Shown here: one piece after another, positions 57,724 through 64,000 of the stretch
How positions within the stretch are numbered: position 1 is the stretch's first letter
Layout of the letters: every line of letters starts with the position of its first letter
Origin: Alphaproteobacteria bacterium
GTDB taxonomy: Bacteria > Pseudomonadota > Alphaproteobacteria > JBFXJJ01
Direction of reading: 5' to 3'
Length of the DNA: 64,000 nt
Assembly: GCA_050175015.1 (NCBI GenBank)
Contig: JBFXJJ010000011.1
Span: 24,570-88,569 of the forward strand
Made by a program: the position numbers and the translations under genes
Notes under the pieces: model-generated
What the model was told of the DNA's origin: nothing
The model's input: the letters and a program-made list of their open reading frames with translations, nothing else
The model's database searches: none

Positions 57724-58248
57724 ATGAGTATAAAAATAGCTGTTTACCCTGGTACTTTTGACCCGATTACAAATGGTCATATTGATATTATCACCAGAGC
57801 TTGTAAGTTAGTCGATAAACTTATCGTTGGTGTCGCCGTTAATGTATCAAAAACACCTCTTTTCTCCACAGAAGAGAGGATTGATATGATTAGACAAGAA
57901 TTGTCTCAAATTGAATTTGGAAAAGACGATGGGGAAGTCGTTGTTATGCCTATTAACAACCTTTTGATCGACTTTGCATCATCAATCGGAGCAAAAACTA
58001 TTTTTAGAGGTCTTCGGGCGGTCTCAGATTTTGACTATGAATTTAAAATGTCTGTTATGAACTCCAGATTAAACTCTGACATTGAAACTGTTTTTCTAAT
58101 GGCATCAGAAAACAATCAATTTGTTTCTTCGGTTTTTGTAAAAGAAATTGTTCGGTTTGGTGGCGATGTGTCTTCTTTCGTAACCCCAACAGTGAAAGAA
58201 ATCCTTAATAAAAAGATAAAATCAGACATAGAAAAAAGTCAAAATTAA
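57724..58248 (+). CDS. coaD: Pantetheine-phosphate adenylyltransferase
   Basis: YPGTFDPITNGH, RGLRAVSDFDYE. Confidence 0.96.
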   Translation: MSIKIAVYPGTFDPITNGHIDIITRACKLVDKLIVGVAVNVSKTPLFSTEERIDMIRQELSQIEFGKDDGEVVVMPINNLLIDFASSIGAKTIFRGLRAVSDFDYEFKMSVMNSRLNSDIETVFLMASENNQFVSSVFVKEIVRFGGDVSSFVTPTVKEILNKKIKSDIEKSQN

Positions 58249-58322
58249 CTTTTTTTCATTTTTTTCATTTTTTGTATTGATTTTATCGTCATAAGTTTAT
58301 ATGTTAAGGTTTCTTTGGTTAC

Positions 58323-58397
58323 GGGCGCGTAGCTCAGGGGTAGAGCATCTGACTTTTAATCAGAGGGCCGGAGGTTCGAAACCTCCCGCGCTCACCA
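58323..58397 (+). tRNA. tRNA-Lys (TTT)
   Basis: GGGCGCG acceptor, TAGCTCAG, anticodon loop CT-TTT-AA, GGTTCGAA, encoded CCA. Confidence 0.96.
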
Positions 58398-58401
58398 AAT
58401 T

Positions 58402-58437
58402 AAAACCCTCAAAACTTAATAGTTTTGAGGGTTTTTT
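58402..58437 (+). terminator. Rho-independent terminator after tRNA-Lys
   Basis: AAAACCCTCAAAAC/GTTTTGAGGGTTTT stem plus T-run. Confidence 0.8.
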
Positions 58438-58697
58438 AGTTTAAAAATGACAGCAACGTTTAAATACAATCACCTTATATATTGCGCCGCAAATTAAGGA
58501 ATTTAAAAATACTTAATAATCCTTGAAAACTTTCCTTATAAACCCCCGCTCTGTTTTTACTAAAAGCCGTTCCGTATAAAATATTATTCTGACATCATTT
58601 TTAAGCAATTTTGCTATATTTCTTGTAATATAAAAAATATCTGCTTTAATAAAAAAATTGATAACCTCTTTAGCTTTTTTAGACATCTTAAAAAACA

Positions 58698-60437
58698 ATG
58701 AATATTTTTAAAAAACTCAACGAAATCTGGAAAAATCTTTCACTTTATAAATACTTTTTGCTCAAACAGAAAACTATGGTTTTATCTGTAATTATAAGCA
58801 ATGTTATTGCTTCTTTTTGTGAAGGAATGGCGATTATTGTTCTAATTCCACTCATTCAAATATCAAGCAACAACTCTACAGAAGATGTTTCCATATTAAT
58901 AACATACCTAATTAAAGCTATAGGTTTATTCAATTTAAAATTGAACATTCCAACAATCGTTGGGATATTTATGTTTTTCACGTTTTTATCGGCATTTGCT
59001 AACTACATTTCGGGCTATGCCACAGGCAAGTTTAGAATTATTACCGAAAGAGAACTCAAAAAAGAGTTGTTCTATAATCTTTTTAGCTCTAACTGGCTTT
59101 ATTTAGCTCGTAACAAAACAGGTTATCTTATTAAATCTCTCTTGCAAGACGCTCACCTTGCAGGTTTTGGATTTATGTATCTTCTGTTTGCTACCAGCTA
59201 TTTTATAACTTTTGTTGTCTTGTTGCTCCTTGCGGCAATCCTTTCTTTTAAGATGACATTAATAACTCTGCTTTTCATAACCATATCGATGCCTCTTTAT
59301 CTTATAATTTTAAAAAAAGGGCAAAAATCTGGCAACTCGGCAAGCGACTTTGCGGAAAAATTAGGAGCAGAAGCAACCGAAATGCTGATGAATTCGAAAC
59401 TATTGTTTTGCCAAGGTATGCGCCAAATGGCAAAAAACCGCTTCAGTTTCTTTAATTTAGGCTGGTATACCGAACTTGTAAAACAATCTAATCAAAATGC
59501 CTTAATTAAGTTTATATTCGAATTTTCTGCAGCCTCTTTTGTCGCAACTTTCTTATTGATTACCTTGTGGTACCAGAAACAGCCTATCGCTTTAACCTTA
59601 GTTTTTCTTATGGTTTTCTACCGCTTGGCACCAAGATTAGCACAATTTCAAACCGCCTTATATCAAACAGCAATTAACAGCGGTTGGTTAGAAACTTGGC
59701 AAAAATTAAATGAGGAAGCGAAAGCTAATGTCTGCTCCCAAGTCGGAAGTTTATCACCAACCTTTTTAAGAGAAATCTCCTTTAACAATCTAACTTTTTG
59801 CTATCCTAATACTGATGAGCCTGTCTTAAACAACGTATCGCTCAAACTTCCAGCTTATTCAGCTTTAGCTATTATCGGCAGTTCAGGGCAAGGTAAAAGC
59901 ACTATCCTCGATTTGATTACAGGACTAATTACTCCCAAAGAGGGTTCTATTAAAATTGATGATATCAATCTACAAGATATAAATCTTGATAAATGGCAGT
60001 CTCATATTGGAATGGTGCTGCAAGAAAACCCTATTCTTAATACCAGCATTGCTGAAAACATCGTTTTTGGTTATGGCGAAATTGATGATAAGCGTTTAAA
60101 AGATGCTGCTGAATTTGCGGGAGCTCTTGACTTCATTAATGAAATGCCCGAAGGGTTTAATACCATTGCGGGAGAAAGAGGCTCTAGATTATCAGGCGGA
60201 CAAAGACAACGTATAGCCTTAGCTAGAGCATTATACCGCAAACCATGGATTCTTCTGCTTGATGAGGTAACAAGTGCCCTTGATAGCATTTCCACTGAAA
60301 TTTTGATTGCGTCATTAAAAAAACTAAAAAGTAAAATGACTATTATTTTAGTCACTCACGATCACAGACTTTTAGATATGGCCGATCAAACAATAGAAAT
60401 TAAAGAAAAAAATATAATAAACAAAAATGATTTATAA
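58698..60437 (+). CDS. ABC transporter, fused TMD+NBD (polysaccharide/glycolipid exporter-like)
   Basis: 6 TMs; GSSGQGKST, LSGGQRQR, LLLDE, VTH. Confidence 0.88.
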   Translation: MNIFKKLNEIWKNLSLYKYFLLKQKTMVLSVIISNVIASFCEGMAIIVLIPLIQISSNNSTEDVSILITYLIKAIGLFNLKLNIPTIVGIFMFFTFLSAFANYISGYATGKFRIITERELKKELFYNLFSSNWLYLARNKTGYLIKSLLQDAHLAGFGFMYLLFATSYFITFVVLLLLAAILSFKMTLITLLFITISMPLYLIILKKGQKSGNSASDFAEKLGAEATEMLMNSKLLFCQGMRQMAKNRFSFFNLGWYTELVKQSNQNALIKFIFEFSAASFVATFLLITLWYQKQPIALTLVFLMVFYRLAPRLAQFQTALYQTAINSGWLETWQKLNEEAKANVCSQVGSLSPTFLREISFNNLTFCYPNTDEPVLNNVSLKLPAYSALAIIGSSGQGKSTILDLITGLITPKEGSIKIDDINLQDINLDKWQSHIGMVLQENPILNTSIAENIVFGYGEIDDKRLKDAAEFAGALDFINEMPEGFNTIAGERGSRLSGGQRQRIALARALYRKPWILLLDEVTSALDSISTEILIASLKKLKSKMTIILVTHDHRLLDMADQTIEIKEKNIINKNDL

Positions 60438-61562
60438 GACTTTCTTATAAAATTCTTCGTATGTATCAATACACTTTGGTAAAGAGAACTGTTTTACGGC
60501 TCGTTCTCTAGCAGCCTTACCCATTTTTTGGCGCAGGTCACTATCTTTTAACTTAAGAATAGCCTCTGCCATCTTTGAAGGCTCTTTAGCAGGAACAATA
60601 AATCCTGAGGTTCCATCTTCCACAGACTCAGCATTGCCACCAGCATTGGTAACAGCAAGAGCCAATGAAGACGCCATCATCTCTAAAATAGAGTTTGAAA
60701 AACCTTCTTCGTGAGAACAAGATAAGCCTATGTCTGATGCTTTTAATATTTGAGGAATATCCTCTCGCATACCCATAAAATAAATATGATTTAAAAAATC
60801 ATTTTCTTTGGCATATTTCTTTAACGAAACCTCCGTCCCCTCATCTCTTCCTACCAAAAGAAGTTTCCAATCCTCTGGCATCTCATCTTTAATAAGAGAA
60901 AGAGCTTGGAACAGGTCAGCGTGTCCTTTATAAGGAAACAAGTTGGCAATCATTGTAAGCACTAAACAATCATCATCTATTCCGATTTTTTTTCTTATTT
61001 CTGATTTGGTTTGTTTTAAATCATACTTATCAAGATCGACCCCATTATAGATTAAATTGAGTTTGTCTATAGGAGCCCCCTCTTCCTCAAGCTGCTTAAC
61101 TACAGCTTTGGAGTTGCCACTGACAGCGGCCATTCTTTTGTGAAGAAAACTTTCAATTCTGGTAATAAACGGATATTTTTTCTGATAATTATTTAAACTG
61201 CGTCTGCTCATTACAAACTTTATTTTTGGATAGAAAAAACAGCAAAAACCACCCAAAATATATGCTTCAGGCAAAAACATATGCACAATATCTGGATTAT
61301 GTTTTTTTATATAACTTTTTAAACTGAAAAACACCTTAAAAAGTTTCAAAAATCTTCTAACTTTGCCCTTAGTTTTTCCCAAAACAGGAGCGTAAACCTT
61401 AATTCCCACTTCCTCTAATTGATGACTAAGTTCGCCTTTTTGGGTCAAACAAAAAACAGAAACATCAAAACCTTTTGCTCTGAGATAGGGTAAAACTAGG
61501 CACAAATGCCGCTCAGCACCGCCTGTTGATAAAGAACCTATAACAAACAAGATTTTAGACAT
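60432..61562 (-). CDS. GT4 family glycosyltransferase
   Basis: ILFVIGSLSTGGAE, KGH, EGFSNSILE (EX7E). Confidence 0.9.
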   Translation of the reverse strand: MSKILFVIGSLSTGGAERHLCLVLPYLRAKGFDVSVFCLTQKGELSHQLEEVGIKVYAPVLGKTKGKVRRFLKLFKVFFSLKSYIKKHNPDIVHMFLPEAYILGGFCCFFYPKIKFVMSRRSLNNYQKKYPFITRIESFLHKRMAAVSGNSKAVVKQLEEEGAPIDKLNLIYNGVDLDKYDLKQTKSEIRKKIGIDDDCLVLTMIANLFPYKGHADLFQALSLIKDEMPEDWKLLLVGRDEGTEVSLKKYAKENDFLNHIYFMGMREDIPQILKASDIGLSCSHEEGFSNSILEMMASSLALAVTNAGGNAESVEDGTSGFIVPAKEPSKMAEAILKLKDSDLRQKMGKAARERAVKQFSLPKCIDTYEEFYKKVL

Positions 61563-61796
61563 AGGAACAAAGATACTTTCTTTAAAAGATTTCGACCTCA
61601 ATAAACTAACTTATTGTTGGCAAAATATCATTAAAAAAAAGAATTTTCTATGCTTAAAATATCTAAATTTTAAATCCTGCATTTTCAAACGCTTCTTTTG
61701 TTACACAACAACAACAAGACTCGGAATTGTGTTAAAGTAATTTAACAATAATAAACACTATTATACATAAAAATATGATATTAAATAGACATAAGA

Positions 61797-61868
61797 TTAA
61801 CTATTGTTAGGATATAACTGGGTTATTATCAAAAACAAGCACCAAATAAAACTAGTTTTCTTTAACAT
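61797..61868 (-). CDS. Inverted 5' end (start codon + signal peptide) of the GLUG-repeat gene; 23-aa stub in this orientation
   Basis: AAAGGG RBS, ATG at 61868, MLKKTSFIWCLFLIITQLYPNNS*; LYPNN is encoded by the inverted repeat. Confidence 0.8.
   Translation of the reverse strand: MLKKTSFIWCLFLIITQLYPNNS
61798..61819. repeat. Left inverted repeat of invertible segment
   Basis: TAACTATTGTTAGGATATAACT = reverse complement of 62360-62381 at 21/22 positions. Confidence 0.9.
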
Positions 61869-61921
61869 GGTCTTGCCCTTTCATAAAAAACTTTAAATAT
61901 TATTTGTTTTTATTTATCTTT

Positions 61922-61950
61922 ATTTTGCTATAGTTTTAAGCATATTGCAA
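61922..61950 (-). promoter_or_regulatory. Predicted sigma70-like promoter inside invertible segment
   Basis: Minus strand TTGCAA-N17-CAAAAT, ~55 bp upstream of ATG 61868. Confidence 0.45.
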
Positions 61951-62359
61951 GGATAAAAACTGTACCTTTTTTAAGGTGACATTGTTAGTTTGGATTCATT
62001 TTATAACGTAAAAAAAGCATAAAAACTCCAGATTAGAGGTTTTATTTAGCCCATTTTTTAGAAAAACACTAAAAATTTAACTAATTGATTTTATTGATAT
62101 ATTTTTTTAGTTTTTTTATGGGTAACTTATGGGTAACAAACTTATATCAAAAAAATATAACAAACGAATCTAATTTCTTATAACTATATGATAAATAAAG
62201 TTATATTATTAAATACAAATACAATTTGGGTAACACATAGGTATCTTTTTTTATATATTTATACTTAAACAACAAATTTTAGTAAAAACTAGTATTTATA
62301 AATAATTGATATTAATTAATTTTTTTATAACTACTCATAATTAAAAACCTTAAATTTAA

Positions 62360-62381
62360 AGTTATATCCTAACAATGGTTA
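62360..62381. repeat. Right inverted repeat of invertible segment
   Basis: AGTTATATCCTAACAATGGTTA; 17-bp perfect core 62360-62376 matches 61803-61819. Confidence 0.9.
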
Positions 62382-64000
62382 TAGTCAGACAGCCATTACA
62401 ACCTGCTCTGAGCTTCAAGCTATGAGCAATAATTTGGCAGGAAATTACTATCTAGCAAACGATATTGACTGCAGCTCTATTTCTAATTTCCAACCAATAG
62501 CTTGCAGCGGAATAGTACACTTTTCAGGTATATTTGACGGCAGAAACCACCGTATTTCCAATCTAACTATAAATAATATGAACCATTGGCATACAGGTAT
62601 ATTTTGCAGTGTTGTTGGTGGCGAAATTAAAAATGTGGGAGTTGTTAACGCTAATGTTTCAGGCTTAAATAACGGGGCAGTTTTTGCAGCTAATATTTCC
62701 AGTTCAAACATATCAAACAGTTACGTCACCGGCAATGTTTCCTCAGTTTTAAGTGCAGCAGGATTTGCGGTCAACATCTCAAATACCACAATAACAAATT
62801 GTTATTCGACAGCCAAAGTATCTGGTGATGGAGCCTACGTTGGGGGGCTTGCTGGCAATGCTTCTAATTCTACCGCAATTAACACTTATTGGGATATGGA
62901 AGCATCTGGACAGACGACCTCAGCCTTAGGAGAGGGCAAAACCACCGCAGAAATGAAAAAACAAACAACCTTTGAAAACTGGGGGTTTGATAACAGTTTG
63001 TGGTGTATTAGAGAGGGCATAACTTATCCTAATTTCTGCTCCTCTTTTTCTTGGAATTTAATCACAAATTGCAATGAACTGCAAAATATGCGCAACAATC
63101 TCTCTGCTAACTATCAACTCGCGAATGATATTGATTGCAGCAGCTTAAATTTTGACCCTATCGGACAAAGTTTTCCTAATGCTTTCAGTGGCTATTTCGA
63201 TGGTAAAAACCATACTATTAACAATCTTGTTATAAATTACCCTAATTATGACTATGTCCGCGGGCTTTTTATGATAACAGTCGGAGCAACCATTCAGAAT
63301 GTAAAACTTAATAATGTAAATATCAATGGCGGAGGCAGAGGCGTAGGAGCATTGGTAGGATATGCTCACGCTAAAACATCTATATATAACTGCTCGGTTT
63401 CTGGTACCTTAAAAGACCAGGCAACCAATCCTTACAGCAGTAGTCTAGGCGGTTTAGTAGGTACTCTTGATGGCAAGTCGACTGTAAATGCCTGCCATTC
63501 TAACGTTAACGTTTATGGTGTCGGAGCATCTGTCGGTGGTATTGCTGGCACCATTACAGAAGCATCATCAGTTATAAATAGTTATGCCTCAGGAACAGTT
63601 ACAGGAACAAACAATGTTGGCGGCTTAGTTGGCTATGCTTATGCTAAAGCTAAAATAAGCAACAGTTATTCCACAGCATCTGTATCTGGAAAGGATAATG
63701 TCGGTGGTCTGGTCGGAGTAAGAAACGATAAAACTGAAGTTTCCTCCTGTTACGCCACAGGAACAGTTACGGGCAATTCTAATGTTGGAGGTTTGGAAGG
63801 CTATGTTAATGGTACCTCGACATTAAGTTCAAGTTACGCTATGGGAACGGTAAACGGCGGCAGCAACGTTGGAGGTTTAGTAGGTTATTTATACAGCGGC
63901 TCAGGGATTTCGGACAGTTTTTCGGTTTCCAGTGTTAACGGCAGCGGCTCTGCGGTTGGCGGTCTGGTTGGCTATGCCAGAGACGATGCCAAGATAAGCA
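62362..64000 (+). CDS. GLUG-motif / beta-helix repeat surface protein (3'-partial; 5' end on the inverted segment)
   Basis: Open frame LYPNNGYSQTAITTCSELQAM...YYLANDIDC...FSGIFDGRNH...YWDMEASGQ...KTTAEMK...YP, second module, then repeated VGGLVG; no stop before window end. Confidence 0.85.

Larger units (their letters stand above)
61798..62381. other. Invertible DNA segment (phase-variation switch), OFF orientation
   Basis: 22-bp inverted repeats; inversion reconstitutes an in-frame signal peptide-bearing ORF. Confidence 0.82.

Noticed and set aside
61804-61812. GTTAGGA in the inverted repeat as an integron GTTRRRY core site
   Set aside because: Imperfect match, no attC-like hairpin, no cassette array and no integron integrase
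62375-62425. ATG at 62375 as the start of the GLUG gene, or a simple frameshifted pseudogene
   Set aside because: This ATG is out of frame and stops after 16 codons with no signal peptide; the inverted-repeat fusion explains the missing 5' end exactly
62448-63369. Minus-strand ORFs 62448-62711 and 63145-63369
   Set aside because: Antisense shadows of the GLUG reading frame

Overview
Low-GC alphaproteobacterial (Rhodospirillales-like gene order; inference) chromosomal segment, mostly housekeeping genes: tolA(partial)-tolR-tolQ-ybgC-ruvBAC-yebC, ymdB-like, 5-FCL, 6S RNA, zapA, epmA/efp, suhB, rpmE, a class III cyclase, slt/dapA/smpB, M23-bactofilin, lipA-lpdA-pdhCBA, ftsB, eno-kdsA-pyrG-secG-tpiA, ppiD-trpE, tRNA-Asp, ackA-pta, uvrA/ssb/gyrA/coaD and tRNA-Lys. 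Several single-gene insertions interrupt conserved clusters. The main finding is at the right end. A ~580 bp segment (61798-62381) is bounded by 22-bp inverted repeats that lie inside coding sequence. It carries a predicted promoter, RBS, start codon and signal peptide facing away from a large GLUG-repeat surface-protein reading frame (62362->64000) that has no start or signal of its own. Inverting the segment fuses MLKKTSFIWCLFLIITQ-LYPNN in frame to GYSQTAITTCSELQ..., which indicates an intragenic phase-variation switch assembled in the OFF state. No recombinase gene is visible in the window. All calls come from manual motif reading; no database searches were run.
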